From the human T2T-CHM13v2.0 reference genome, Homo sapiens, in NCBI RefSeq assembly GCF_009914755.1, contig NC_060947.1: a stretch of 64,000 bases of DNA. One strand, given 5' to 3'. Numbering within the stretch: the stretch's first letter is position 1; each line of letters begins with the position of its first letter. Under the pieces are notes generated by a model. It did not search any database, was not told the origin of the DNA, and saw only the letters and a program-made list of their open reading frames with translations. Of this stretch, positions 41,682-58,149 are shown piece by piece. Position numbers and translations under genes: made by a program.

Positions 41682-42834
41682 GTTAGTTACAGTGAATGCC
41701 TCCTACCCCCATTTAAGCACTGATTTTCTATTTTAATCTCACCACATGCATACAAATAAACATATACAAATTAGAACTACTGTATATAAAATGGCGAGCC
41801 TCAGATATCAACACTGGCCAAGTCTATTCATAGCTAAGAAATATAAAAATCTTAGCTATCAGAATTTCAACATTTCTAATTCCATTTGTAAGAACATATC
41901 AGGTTATCGTAAACTGATATCACTTAGTATTTTGTTCATCTAGCTTACATTGTGTTGATTCAAAGCACAGAAAACAACCTAAGTATGATTTAATTTCCAG
42001 TGTTTGGTTACTTACTGGAAATAATGTGCCAAAAATAATTACACTTAATACCAGATGTTTTTGGAGTCGAATTAATATAATATTTTTAAAATTTAGATTT
42101 GTTTTGTGTTTGGCTTAATTGCAAGGAGAGAATGCACTGATAATACCAACACAAATATTTTATTTTGTGTGATAGTAAGTAAGTTAATGATCTGGAATCT
42201 TGTTCCCCAGGTCTTCGGTGTCTGTGACTAGTTTTAGTTGGACTTTCAGGTCCTGATTCTATCTGGACAAGAATGTATGTTTGAATTGTAAAGGGATCTT
42301 CAGATTCTAGAATACGGTATTTCAAAGTCAGATATTGCAAAACTCTAGCCAGCTTTCCCCTGGGCAACATTGCTAGGGGGATATGACAGTGGGGAAAACT
42401 GCACTGACATGTACTTGTTTACTGTTTTTGTTTTACTTCAAAACAAACAAAGACAGAGGAAATATGAATTGAGAGGACATAGAAAGCATAGACTCATGGA
42501 TTTGAAGATACATTGCTTAATATTTGTCCAGTGTTATAGGACTAAGCCTGGTAAAAAACACAAAGTTAATAGTATCTTCTTTTTAAAGAACATATCAGAG
42601 AGAGCAATGCGCTCTTAAGTAAGAAGATACAATTAACTGTGTATTAGTAATACTCAGTATGATAGTAATGTGTACCAAAGTGTTAAATCTCTAGAATCCT
42701 ACAAGTATCCAATGATTTTCAAGAGGCAAATAGGTATGTTGTGCAAATTGAAAACAAGAAGATATTCAAACAGGGTTCCAAGGATATTGGGGAAATATTT
42801 GAAAATGATAGACTTCACTCTATTAATATTTTTG

Positions 42835-45710
<2,876 letters not shown>

Positions 45711-47157
45711 TAGACATTCCTTTTTGTCAAGTAAAGGTAGGGGATCTGCTTTGGTTTCCTTCATACCCACAATTTCTCTAAGATACCTTATTGATAGATA
45801 CAGAAATAATTCACGTATACTTGTAGCAAGTAACCAACCACCACCTATTCAACGGGAACACAAATAGAATACATTTTACATCTATTACATAATAAAATAC
45901 ATGAATAATCTTAGATAGAACAATGTTGGAGAAGAATGTTTTGCACCTAATGCTCTTTTAGAACATTAGAAGAGGCACTTTAGATGGACCTGTAGAAAAC
46001 ACAGCTTTTAATCTTGTTAGATCCTAATGACAGATGTGTATAAGTAGATTCAATAATCAGATATACAGTAAAATATATATATATATATATATTTAACTTA
46101 GATCCCAAGAAAAACAGCAAAATGTACATATAATTTACTCTCCCTAAAGAAATTACAATATAAATTGGGCTAACTGAAATTTAAGTGAACATCTGAGGAG
46201 CTATTTCATGTAAATGTGGAACAAGCAGAAGTTAGTTTGGGAACTCATTTTCATATGAATATAACTGAATCACATATACCTAATATTAAATATACATATA
46301 TATGTTTATTACTAATATGAATATAACTGAATTTCATATTTATAATATTAGCTTATATATATTAATTTGTGGATGGAACATTCAGAATGGAATTCATTCA
46401 CTTACTTGTCTTTTATAGTTACCTGCATGTATACCCTGTTAATTCATTTTATATTGCATTTTAAAAATCATTTATGTAAAATAAACATTTTATTGTGTGA
46501 AGATAGATCAGTTGACCTTTTCAGTTCTGCTGCATAGATATAGTTGGACATGAATTAAGGATGAAGGAGAAAAGCATGAGAGGGTCAGAAATAGAGCCAA
46601 CCAGGTTTCTTCTCTCTGGTATGACACTAAATTTTTATGATTATACTTTTCCTTTTATTATTTTTCTGATTAAAAATTCATATACACATTTTTTAGAAAA
46701 ATATCAAACTGCAGCGAAATCTAGAAAAAAATCACTCTGTCATATTTGGACGTTTATTTGCACATATATTATTTTTTGTCATTTTTTTCTATGAATGTTT
46801 AATATTGTTGAGATTATACCATATTGACTGTATATAGTGCTCTTCCCCAAATCCCCCATTGTAAAATTCTCCAATAAAATAATGCATTTAAAGCAAATAG
46901 TAACATGACTAGTTTATTGTAATCACGCAATACTCACTATAAGATATTTTCTAGTTCTTCTTCCAAATCACTGTGAATTCTTTGTAAATATTTTAATAGT
47001 TTTGAAATCTTCCATAATTTACCTTAAGACTTCCTTTTTGTTGGATATGCTTGCTGTTTACAGCGTGTTCTAATGGTATTGCCAAAGCAATCTTGGTGTC
47101 TGATTGTTATCTTAGATTTGTTAATTATGTTGGCCAAAATCAAGTGTATATACTTCC

Positions 47158-48011
47158 TGATGTAGTTTGGATGCGTGTCCCTGCCCAAATCCCAGATTGT
47201 ACTGTAATCCCCAATGTTAGAATTGCGGCCTGGTGGGAGGTGATTGGATCATGGGGGCAGCTTTCTCTTGAAAAATTTAGCACCATCCTACTTGGTACTG
47301 TCCTCATGATAGTGAGTTAGTTCTCATGAGATCTAGTTGTTCAAAAGTGTGTAACACCTGCCACTTTGCCCTATGTCTCCTGCTTTTGCCATGTAACATG
47401 CTTGCTCCACCTTTGCTTTTCACAACGATTGTAAGTTTCCTGAGGCTTCCCCAGAAGCTGAGCAGATGCCAGAGCTGTTCTTCCTGAACAGTCTGAAGAA
47501 CCATGAGCCAATTAAATGTTTTTTTCTTAAAAATTATCCAGTCCAGGTATTCCTTTATAGCAATGAAAGAACAACCTAATACAGAAAATTGGTGCTGAGG
47601 GATGGAGCATTGCTGTGAAGCTACCTGAAAATGTGGAATCAGCTTTGGAACTAGGTAACAGGAAGAGGTTGGAAGAGTTTGGAGGGCTCAGAAGAAAAGA
47701 GATGAGGTAAAATTTAGAACTTCTTAGATACTGGATACATGGTTGTGACCAAAATGCTCATAGTGATATGGACAGTGAAGTACAGGCTGATGAGGTCTTA
47801 GATGGAAATGAGAAACTTGTTGGGAACTGAAGCAATAGTGAGTTTTGTTATGCCTTAGCAAAGAACCTGGCTGCATTGTGCCCCTGCCTTAGATATCTGT
47901 GGAACTTTGAACTTGAGAGTGATGATTTACAGTATCTGGTGGAAGAAATTTTTTAATAAATTACCCAGTTTCAGGTATTTCTTTATAGCAATGTAAGAAT
48001 GACCTATTATG
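47158..48011 (+). mobile_element. Internally deleted MSTA provirus: LTR 47158-47583, internal region to about 47950, last ~60 bp of the 3'LTR
   Basis: LTR ends cctaataca and the internal region starts gaaaattggtgctgag. It then jumps to aaattacccagtttcaggtatttctttatagcaatg. Confidence 0.85.
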
Positions 48012-48223
48012 TTTTCTTAATATAGGCTTCTGATAGGATTTAAAATGTCAAACATATAAGCCTTTTTCTGTCCTTAATTCATATTTACTAATTGCTTTAC
48101 AGGAAGGTTGCTTCAGTTTATATTCCTAGCAATGGTGCATATCTATTTTTACTATATCTTTACCAGGCTTGGATATTGTCATTAGAAAAAAACTTTGCTA
48201 AATTAATAAACATATTTGACTCC

Positions 48224-48225
48224 AT

Positions 48226-48262
<37 letters not shown>

Positions 48263-48265
48263 TTT
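48224..48265 (+). repeat. (TTTA)n
   Basis: Direct read. Confidence 0.9.
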
Positions 48266-48496
48266 TGCCCACACTACACAGATATACTGTATTTGACTCT
48301 CAAACCAGTGTGCCTTACACTACTTTGTTTTGGCTTTGGAATGGTTAAAGAGATTATTGCTTAGTAGCTTTACAAGCAAATTGATTTTTATATATGCCAT
48401 TAATAATTTTACATTTAGGTGAACTATTTTAGGAACAAAATAAGCATGAGTCTTTATATGCTGTAAGTATTCATAATAATCATTCCTCTCTAGCCA

Positions 48497-48692
48497 CAGA
48501 ATGTCAGACTGAAATATCTTCAAGGCCCCAGGCAATTAAGGTAAAGGAGTAAAGCAGAAAATATAAAGTGGTGAGAAGGGGTTGGACCTGTGATAAAATG
48601 GAGAGTGCATGCCCACTTAAGGGCATTCAACTCATATATATATGCACACTCTAAACAAAACATGTCTGCAAGTTGTGAGTTTACATTTCTAT
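48497..48692 (+). mobile_element. hAT-Charlie MITE-like fragment
   Basis: ggagagtgcatgccca...ggcattcaa...aaacaaaacatgtctgc. Confidence 0.45.
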
Positions 48693-50289
48693 GGCTAGTA
48701 CATTAGGGAATCATGACTTTTAAAAAATAGTCTGAATCATAATGCTGAAATGAGCATCTCAAGGCTGAAGTTTGCCAAATAGCTACATTCTTCACCTTGA
48801 TTCTCTCTTTCTGACTCCATATATCCAAGTGGGGTAATAAAAAAAAAAAAGCTTGTACCATTATCACACCAAAGTTTCAACTTCTCAATCAACCTATGTC
48901 ATCTCTAGAGGAAAATTGCTCTTCTTAGCTTTTGGCGTTTAACATCTAGATAGATTGCAGCTACCTGTAGTCTCCCTGTGGTGATATTTCATTGGCATGT
49001 TTCTGCTTTTGAACAAAAGAAAAGCAGCTGTGGGCATCCTTTGTCTCACACACAGTGATCAAGCTCTTATACACTTCTTCATTCTATCCTGTGAATTCCT
49101 TAACCATTTAATTTTAGATAGGACTCACATCTAGAACTCATTAAGAAGGCAGTTGGTTGAACATAATATTCACATTATAGTTAATTGGCCCTGTTTTTGA
49201 ATATTTTGTATTTCTTTCTAACTTTTTAGTCAAATTTATCTATATTCAAAATGAATACACAGTAAAACTGGTTTTGTTGATTAAAGATAATGTGTTGTTG
49301 ATTACAAAATGTTTATGAAAGAAGAATATTTTGTTCTCTTCTATGCATAGCAAATTAGCTGAGATTAGGAGCTGACACTGTAAGTGCAGTGTCAGGTAAA
49401 ATGAGAGAGAATTCTGTGTCAGGACTTGGGAGCAGTCCCTGAACCAAAGATTTCTTGGGTCTGTACAACAGTTTAACTTCATGTTGTATTAACTATTCTT
49501 TTTAGAAATAGTAATCATAATAAGAACTTGAAATAAAAATATCTCAGAAAATAAAGTTATTTTATGTTAATGAAATTGATAGGGAAAGACTGTGTATTGT
49601 TAAATATTGTTACTTCCAACAGACCCAAGCCTCCTTGTTGCCAAGAAAACATAATACTTTGCACAAAAGAAGCTTTATAGTAAGGGTTCTTAATTTTTAT
49701 ATAGTCAGGGCATAAATGGAATTTGGAAGGATTATGAACTACCTGAAATGAAAAGTTATGCAAAACTCTGTTTTATTTCATATATATGAATCACCCTCCC
49801 TGGAGAAAGAATTGGTAGGGGTCAGCTTCTCAAAAGAGTCTATAAGACAGGAAAGATTTGGAACTACTGCTTTATAAGAGCAAAATCATCTGCAAAGCAA
49901 CCGAGGATGGACACCAATTGCCCACTTAACGAAACATCTATCCATCAACATAGGCTCCAGATTGTATACAGGACCCCATAGGTTCACCTTATACCAATGG
50001 TTTTCTAATGCATGTATGAAACAAGACCTTTCTTTTTGCTTAGTTCCAGTATATAGGCGTCTTCTAATCGATATAAAAATAAAAAGAATAAGAATTCTCT
50101 GGATCCATCCAAAAACCTTGCTCCACTGGACTTATACTTTTAAAGAAGTGCCACAAATACCTGTGAAATGAATAAAACACTGGCCACATCATATTGTAAC
50201 TACTTTGTGAATGAACATATTTTTCAAATTAAACACTACGTGCTATTACTGTTTGGAGATTTCTTTGATTTAGATCACGTTTAAGGATA

Positions 50290-50490
50290 CCATAGCATGG
50301 CATAGTGGCAAAAAACAAAGGCTTTGTCGACAGACATGGATTCATATACTTTGTCTATTAATTGGCAGTTTTAAATAGGAATAATAATGTTCACTTCATA
50401 AGACCTTTCTTAGAATTTTAGAGACAAGATGTGGAAAATCCTAGTGCTGTGTCTCCCACATCATAAATATTCAATAATAGGTAGTAATCA
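50290..50490 (+). mobile_element. MIR
   Basis: agcatggcatagtgg...aaataggaataataat...taaatattcaataa. Confidence 0.6.
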
Positions 50491-51210
50491 CATCTTAGGT
50501 AGCAGAAATCTTGTCTTTCTTGTGAAATTGTCAACAGTGACTAGAATACGTTGTCATCCAGTCACATATTTTATACAGCAATTACCTGGATTTCTCCATG
50601 TAGTGGCCAAAATAAGGTAACTAACCTTTGCAAAGTTGTATTTGTAATTCATGTGTGAGGAGGACAAAGCTGAACACTTCAGCTATAGAAGATTCCTAAA
50701 TTTATTGAAATATACTTATTCAAATTCCATAAAACTTGTGAGGTTTTGTGTATGTCTACATTTCAAAAGTGCAGATTATGTTCTATAAAGTAGTGTTTAT
50801 ATATCAATATGTGGTGGTACGTTTTACACTGAAATGAGGATTTGTCTTTCAAGACAAATAAAAAGCATGAATTTCAAATAGTGTTATAAGACTGATGAGC
50901 ATTCTTGTAAATGAAGTCATTGTCACAAATGCATGTTGCATAAATAGCAATTTCCTGACTTTTATGATGTGGGTTTTGACCCACAGGGTTTAATACCATG
51001 CTAGAATGAGCAAGGAATAAACAAGATTTTATATTATAAGCCTAAATCTTTTGAATAATAATCTTTTATTTAACATAAACTTGTTATTATGCCCATTTCA
51101 ATAATATCCAAAATGTAAGACAAATATCTGAAGCTATTATGAAGTGCACTATAGCAATTTTGTTATATGAAAAAGTTATTTGAGATTTGTTGTAAACATT
51201 TAAAATTAGG

Positions 51211-51234
51211 TATATATATGTGTGTGTATATATA

Positions 51235-51267
<33 letters not shown>
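51211..51267 (+). repeat. Compound (TA)n/(TG)n microsatellite
   Basis: Direct read. Confidence 0.9.
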
Positions 51268-52064
51268 GTTATATGGAAAAATAAATTACCTTTCTTTTAC
51301 AGCACTGAAACTTGAAAGGCAATTTAAAAAGGTAATTATACAATTTATCACAAACACCAAACAGGCCAATGATTTTGGTAATTATCAAGACAACACAATT
51401 TTTGCTTTACAATGCAAAACTTGTTTGCTGAACTGGAGATTATCAAAATTACTTACAATATACTCATTATCAAAGCATGAGAAAATTAGACTGTTAACAA
51501 ACAGTTAAATGAACTTACTAAAGCTTTTAAATTATTTTGGTTTATTAGCATTTCTTTGAGGTTAATGATGTGATCTTTTCTTGACAAGAAGAGACAATTT
51601 AAAATTTTAGAAGAAAATTAATCTGTTTGGAAATAACCAAGACTCCCTAACTGGTAAACAACAACTTATTCTTCTGACACAAATACTGTTAAAAGACAAA
51701 AAAACAACAACCCTGAACACACTAAGTTGATATATTTGTACTCTTTGTTAAACATTTTGCCAACCAACACTTTTTTGTATTTTGAATAACTTGGAAGTTC
51801 AAGGTGTCTGTGCTAATGTGTTTTTCTGATGCTACCAGGGCAATACATAGAAGAAATTGCTTTTTAGACAAGTTCAATCTTCTGACTAGGGCAGCCATTT
51901 TGCAATCTGGTATACACTCTATAGTACCCGTGGAGTTCATTTTCTCTCTCTAGAGTTAAACCCTGCCTAGAGTCACCTGTGATAGGAGCTTTTGCTCTTT
52001 CCTGTTTGACCTTCAATTGGAAAAGTGGTTGGTTTTATTAGTAAAAATACCTCCTCCTTCTCAA

Positions 52065-52347
52065 TTATATTTTTATTTATTTATATATTTTAGTGGAGAA
52101 ATAAAAACTATAAATAGATATTTATGATGCACAACATGATGTTTAGAAATATGTAAATAGTGTAGAATGGCTAAATGAAGCTATTTAACAAATGCATTGC
52201 CCCAAATACTTATTTTTTTTGTGGTTAGAGCACTTAAAATTTACCCTTAGCAATTTTCAAGTATATAAAACATTGTTATTAACTATAGTTACCAAGTTGT
52301 ACAACAGATATATTTAATTTATTCTTTCTAACTCAAATTTTATACTT
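52065..52347 (-). mobile_element. L1MA5-7-like 3' end
   Basis: caacatgatgtttagaaatatgta...gaatggctaaat...cacttaaaat...cttagcaattttcaagtata. Confidence 0.8.
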
Positions 52348-52706
52348 TCTCTCATCTTTTTGTCTTCTTCTGAGCCCTTTGAACTCTTCCAATCTCTGCA
52401 CATTACTGACTTCCAAAGCCACTTTCGATTGTTAAATATTTTTATAGAACACCCCACTCCTGATACAAATGTTCTGTCTTAGTCCATTGAGTTACTTTAA
52501 AGTAATACCTGAAGCTGAGTAATTTAAAATGAAAAAAGTTTATTTGACTCACAGTTCTAAAGGCTGTACAGGAAGCATGACACTGGCATCTACATGGCTT
52601 CTGGTGAGGGCCTCAGGCTACTTCTACTCATGGTAGAAGTGAAGGGGAGCCAGCATGTTGACAGAACACTTAGCAAGAGAGGAAGCAAGAGTGGGAGGGG
52701 GAGATG
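52348..52706 (-). mobile_element. MSTB-like LTR 3' half plus start of the internal region
   Basis: tcttcttctgagccct...accccactcctgatac (internal), then tgtcttagtcca...ggcttctggtgagggcctcagg (LTR). Confidence 0.8.
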
Positions 52707-53259
52707 AAAATGATAAAGTTATCTATGACAATTGAATATACTCCAAAGTTGCTCTCGTAAAACACACATGTTGAGCTTTTACTTAATTGTGTCATCTCTA
52801 GTTACATAAGTAGAAATTTTCTCTGGAGAAACATTAGGATTGTATACAATCTGATCCTAGTTCATTCTCTGCTAACCTCAAATATTGCTGAAATCCTTAG
52901 CAACTGGATTAAGAGTTCTAAGTAGAATTATGTGTTGTTAGCTAAATCTTCAAAATTCTACTCTGTTTCCTCCTTTGAGACTCAGCCTCTTTACCAAAAG
53001 GAAACGAAATAATTAGCATACTTTTTTCCCTTGGAAGGAGTCTTATATAAATAAGCATTTTGTCTTAATGGTATTTGAACACATTATCAGAAAGCTAAGT
53101 TCAGTTAAGTAACAAAGTGAAATGTAAATAGACACTTAAAAGAGTTGATTTTAGTTTAAGAAATATAGAGTGTAATCGCTGTTATCATTACTTTAGTTGG
53201 AACATACTTATGGTTCTTATTTCCCTCTCTATGAAAATGTTATAATGCACAGATCATTT

Positions 53260-53770
53260 CAACAGACTGTGTTAGATACAATAATGGGGTGGGGTGGCGC
53301 TTGAAGAATGCCACAGGAGTACTTTTTAGGGGCACTTATCCTAGTCTTGGAAATTGTGGAGAGTTACTCTGAAGAAATTACATCTTAATAGAGGACATTG
53401 AATATTTATGGGACTAATAAGATGAAAAGAATGTAGGCATAAGTGTGTATAAGGTAGAAGGAATAGTTTAAGCAAAAGTGAGAACTTATAGAACGTAGGA
53501 GGGACTGCATGCACTTTGTGTGGTCAAAGCAAGGCAAACAAGTGAGGAGAGGTAAAGGATGAAGCAAAAGAAGTAGATAGATCCAGGCCATGTGGGATCT
53601 TATAGATCATTTTAAGGAGTTGGGACTTCATTGTGTGGATAATAAGAGTATCATTCAAATGTTATAAGCAGAAGAATTACATAGCAAGACTAATATTTTA
53701 GAAAGTTCCCTTAAGCTGAGGGATGGAGACTAGGTTAGAGAGAAGCAAAGCTGGAAGCAGGGATATGACA
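53260..53770 (-). mobile_element. L2 fragment
   Basis: ttaaggagttgggactt...ttttagaaag purine-rich antisense L2. Confidence 0.6.
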
Positions 53771-54117
53771 TATCTGAAAACTGACAAGATTTTCTTTTTC
53801 TTAAAAAAAGGCTTATGAGTAGTTAAATTATATTTACGCTTAGACAAAAGTCAATAAATTGACATAAAAATTAACCCACCAACAACCATATTCTTTAAAA
53901 AATAATGGACATGCTTATATAGTGTAGGAAAGATGATAGTCATAAGTTTTCTAAAAGAATGCACCTGGGACACTGAACCAACAAAGACTTAAATGGAACC
54001 ATTATGTAATTCAACATTTATTGTTTCTTGGCATTAGCCCAGTGCAGACTGACTGGCACATTTTAGCCCATATGGACAGTTAGTTGGAAGAATAAAGAGG
54101 AATAATTTGTTTAAATA

Positions 54118-54355
54118 ATGAGTTTACAAAAGGTGCACATGGACATGCAGAGTGGAATAATAGACATTGGAGACTACAAAAGGTGGGAGGGTGGGAAGGG
54201 GCTGAGTGTTCAAAAACGTATTGGGTATGATGTTCACTATTTGGGTGACGGGTATACTAAAAACCCAGGCTTCACCACTATGAAATATATGCATGTAAGA
54301 AACCTGCACTTGTACCCTCTAAATATATAAAAATTTAAAAAATGTAAATAAAATA
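54118..54355 (+). mobile_element. L1PB2/3-like 3' end
   Basis: cagagtggaataatagacattggagactacaaaaggtgggagg...gaaacctgcacttgtaccc, then an A-rich tail. TSD-like aataatttgtttaaa / agtaattggtttaaa. Confidence 0.85.
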
Positions 54356-55705
54356 AGTAATTGGTTTAAACATTTATCCAGAATGTGGAGGATTTCTTTG
54401 CTATGGAAGAATCACAATCTTTCAAACAACAAATTAATTACATTAACAAATTAATTACAGCAAATATAATGTCCCTGAGGTCCACTTGACATTTTTGATG
54501 AACTGTGAGGAGACCAGTATGGAGATAAGTTTATGGAGGGTATAAGGGAACCAGGCCGTGTAGTGCAATGAACAATACAGTAACAGGATTTGATTTGTAT
54601 TTTAACTGGATTACCCAGGATAGTATCTTGAGAATAGCCAAAGTGTTTAAGGGCATACCTATAAGAAGCCTACTGCAATCATCCAGGTGGTTACAGTGAC
54701 CTTATAAGTTGCAGCTTGGAAGGGTGGTAGCAGTGAAGGTGGTAAGAAGTGGTCAGATTCTGGATATATATTGAAAGTAAGTTCGAGAGAACTTGTTTAT
54801 GGATTTAATGTGAAATAAGAGAGAAAATGATATGAAAGATGACTATAAGATTTTTGGTTTCAGGAAAAAGGAAGGAGTTATTTACTGAGATGGAGTAAAT
54901 GATAAGACGAACAGATTTGGTGGTGGAATTCAGAAGTTTGATTTTAGATAAGTAAGGTTTTAGATGCCCAATAGACATTTAAAAAGAGTTGCCAGGAGAA
55001 AATTTGAATACACACATTGGAAATTCATATGTAAGAACCAGGAAAGAATTATAACATATAGATATGACTTTAAAGTTTATCTTTAATAAAGCCATGGGAC
55101 TGGAGGTGATCATGTAGAAAGCAACCATAGATGGAAATGAAGTCTGAAGTCTGAGTCTTCGATTACAGAGGTAAATGAGGGGGAAAAAAACAAAGGAGAC
55201 TGAGAAGGAAAAGCACGTGAAAGAGAAAGGAAACAATGCCCTTGATTGAATAAAAAGGGAGGATAGTTCTAAGTAGAGGCCTTGTATGTAGGATTATGAT
55301 TAGTTCATCCACAGTAATAATCTTTCTAGGTAGACTACATGGGGATAGATGCACACAGGTATGTGGGGAGATGTGGTGACAGGAGCATGAGAAATTTATT
55401 TTCTTATTGCTTCTATTTTCTCAGTGATCAAGGAAGAAAGTTCATCAGGGGGAAGGGAGGAATATAAAGAAGATTTTGGAGCTGTGAAAAGAAAGCTGTG
55501 TGCTATTGCCTTCCAGGAGAGAAAGATAGTGAATGGAATAGTGAAAGAGACTAGAGAAAGATGAAAGGACAACACTGAAGTCCTGCTTGAAGTTAGCGGT
55601 CATAAGTTTAAAGTGAGGCCAGTCAGCATAGATGTGTTTTACTTAACTGTGTTCAGCAATGTGAGTCTGGCCTTAGAGTGTTGAATTTAATTAGGGTTAA
55701 GGTTT

Positions 55706-56323
55706 TGAAACTGAGTAGTTTCACCCCAAAATGCATTTTAAAACTTTTTCCTTGTCTCCTTTCTTCCAAGACTCCAGACATAAACTTGAAACAACATATA
55801 AAAACCTTTTTTTCTTAGTCTTAAAATATAGCCTTGAAACAAACTTTGAAACTCCACTCCCTCCTATTACCCACCATGTACTTCTTTATTCTATGCACAT
55901 TTGTCTAATTAGATGCTTGTATCTAATCATGTTCTTACTTAGAATTTCCAGGGGTTAATCTTGAGACAAACCAAGGATGGAGACTGAGCTTCCAAATTCC
56001 ACAGATTACCTCAAGGCAGTTGGTCAACAACTAAGCCATTGTTGAGAGGATGCCAGTCCATGCTCCAAATGGACCACGGCTCAAGATAGCAACTGGAACA
56101 AGACACACAGACCTTGTGCTCAGCACTCCTCCTGCATGCCTCCCATTGTATCTTCCGTTTTCAAAGCCCCTCCTCCAAGCCTAAAGTTCGAAGTCATTTC
56201 TGGAGTTGTAAACTGGCTGCTTCCCCACTGCTAGCTTTGGAAATGAAACCATTTTCCTTTTGCTGTACTTCATCCTTGTTATTGGCTACAAGCAGCAAGC
56301 AGCCAAACTTGTGCTCAGTTACA
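55706..56323 (+). mobile_element. ERVL-class solo LTR (MER74/MER54-like)
   Basis: TG...CA ends with terminal inverted repeat tgaaactgag...ctcagttaca and gttt flanks; 3' end gcagcaagcagccaaacttgtgctcagttaca. Confidence 0.7.
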
Positions 56324-56727
56324 GTTTTGTCAGGTAAATAAGATGAAGGGAAAGTGTGCATACAAGAGAGTGACCATCATTGTGGGCCATAAAATCTAAG
56401 CTGGATAATAAAGTACGTAAGGACATGAAATAGGTGACAGACAATGAAAAGGTGATGAAATCAGTGAATGGTTGATGCTAATGTTGTTGAATGATATTTG
56501 GAAATAAAATACATCTTGCAGAGAAAGAATTGCAAATAGTGACAGTGGTCATTTGAGATGCATGAAACTACCATTATGGAGGGATCTAGGGAATGAACCA
56601 TGGGAGAGAATGGCTGAGGTCATTAGAGGACAAGGTCATTAGAAGAGAAGAGGTTTAGAAACGTAGAACCCAAGCATTTAAAGAAATCACTAGGAATTAT
56701 GACGTGAGTAACATTGTAGTGCATAAT

Positions 56728-56856
56728 ACAGGCATCCCTCAGTATACGTGGGGATTGGTTCCAGGGCAGGCCCCCTTATCCCACATATACTACAATCTGA
56801 CCATATGTGAATATGCAGCCCACATGTAAATGTACCTATACAATTCAAGACTGTAT
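56728..56856 (+). mobile_element. Tigger-family MITE fragment (MER2/MER8-like)
   Basis: ta-caggcatccctcagtatacgtggggattggttccagg...actg-ta. Confidence 0.65.
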
Positions 56857-57159
56857 TGTTAAAGAGTCAACTGTAGTGAGTCAGGAGCTAAAATCTTCAT
56901 AGAATAAAGAGAAATTATCCCAAAGTCTAGAATACTTCAAGAAGTAGCAGTAAAGAGTGGTATAATCTGAAGATAGGAGATTCAGTGTTGGTTGAGACAG
57001 GGAGGGAAGAAGGGTAGATTATCTAGAAGTGGACAACTAACATACCTCTAGGCTCAGTGACATGAGATCACATACATAAAACATTTAGCATAGTTTTTGG
57101 CACAGAGTAAGAGTTAATGAATATTAGCTATTGCTAAATATATTAAATAATGTATTTTA

Positions 57160-57258
57160 GTCTGGTCCAAGTGCAGTAGTGTTTAAAACTTATTGGTCAC
57201 AACTGGTTATGGATTTCTCTTTTCCTTCACTACTCCCATTGCTTAAATTGACTAGCCT
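57160..57258 (+). pseudogene. Retroposed Y RNA (hY3/RNY3) pseudogene
   Basis: Colinear full-length match to hY3 (GGCUGGUCCGAGUGCAGUGGUGUUUACAACU...CUUGACUAGCCU), followed by an A-rich tail; tattttag on both flanks. Confidence 0.9.
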
Positions 57259-57439
57259 AAAAAAATTAAATAAACAAATATTTTAGAAATATATAAAACT
57301 TCTAAAATTTTTGAGATTCCCTTCTTTCTAAAAATGGTTAAAGACAATAATTCATACTATTTTGTGTAGTACAGCTATTGTCCTACTGAAGGCAGCAGGA
57401 TGAAATAGATGCCTCTTAGAAGTATAAGGAATTTTGATT

Positions 57440-57780
57440 ACTGAAAGTTGTTACGTAAGCACGAATGGCATACACCAGCACCAAGGCCAGGTCCTGGACA
57501 GGGAATGTTCCTTCAGTGCAAGATACGACACATCCCACTACGCATTACTCGCAGTCCCAGTCAGGTATATATTGGCAGCAGCATACAAGACACAAAGCTG
57601 GACTGTTAGGACAATTTTAAATTGAATAATGTCATGTTAGTCGACAGGAGGAAGGAATAAAGCAAAGCCTCCTTAGCACAGAGAGATGCCGTGGCTGAGT
57701 CTGAAAGGACTAGGATATTCCCCCATTTACTATGCTAATGACTCACCAGACATTAGTCATGAGAGCGTCTCGTGTGATAT
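57440..57780. promoter_or_regulatory. Candidate enhancer: CpG-retaining unique DNA with bZIP motifs
   Basis: GTTACGTAA at 57450-57458, TGACTCA at 57739-57745 and TTAGTCA at about 57753; 9 CpGs in about 340 bp. Confidence 0.3.
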
Positions 57781-58149
57781 GAAAGCCACAGAGTTTAATG
57801 GTCCTGAGCTACTTCCTGTCCTTAGCTCTCCATTCAGAAAAGCTTTGCAAAACCCCTATATTTGAAGGTGTTCAATGTGCAGATTTTTTTTAACTTTGCA
57901 GTTATCCTTAACATAACAACAACTACCTGTTGAAAATGTAAATCACTTAGGAAAGCAAATTATTTTCAAGAACCTTAAAGTTTTTCAGAGTGTTTCAGTT
58001 GTTTACTAATAATGAATATGTCAAATCTAACATTTTATAATGCAATATTTTTGTTAGAGTTATTCTGGTTCTTCTATGTATCTGGATCAGAATTTATGTT
58101 AGTAATGTGTCACTAAGCCTATGCTTTTCTTTTTTATCCTCAATATTTA

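Larger units (their letters stand above)
54500..57050 (-). mobile_element. Long L2 body interrupted by an ERVL LTR and a Tigger fragment
   Basis: ggtggtaagaagtggtcagattctggatatatattgaaag; ttctattttctcagtga. Confidence 0.75.

Noticed and set aside
46253-46365. Diverged ~63-bp tandem duplication (atatgaatataactgaat twice); also short tandem duplications at about 36418 and 54427
   Set aside because: Ordinary slippage duplications in AT-rich DNA.
57434-57625. 63-aa ORF in the CpG-rich patch as a possible coding exon
   Set aside because: Non-ATG start, no recognisable protein in the frames I translated on either strand, and no convincing splice pair.
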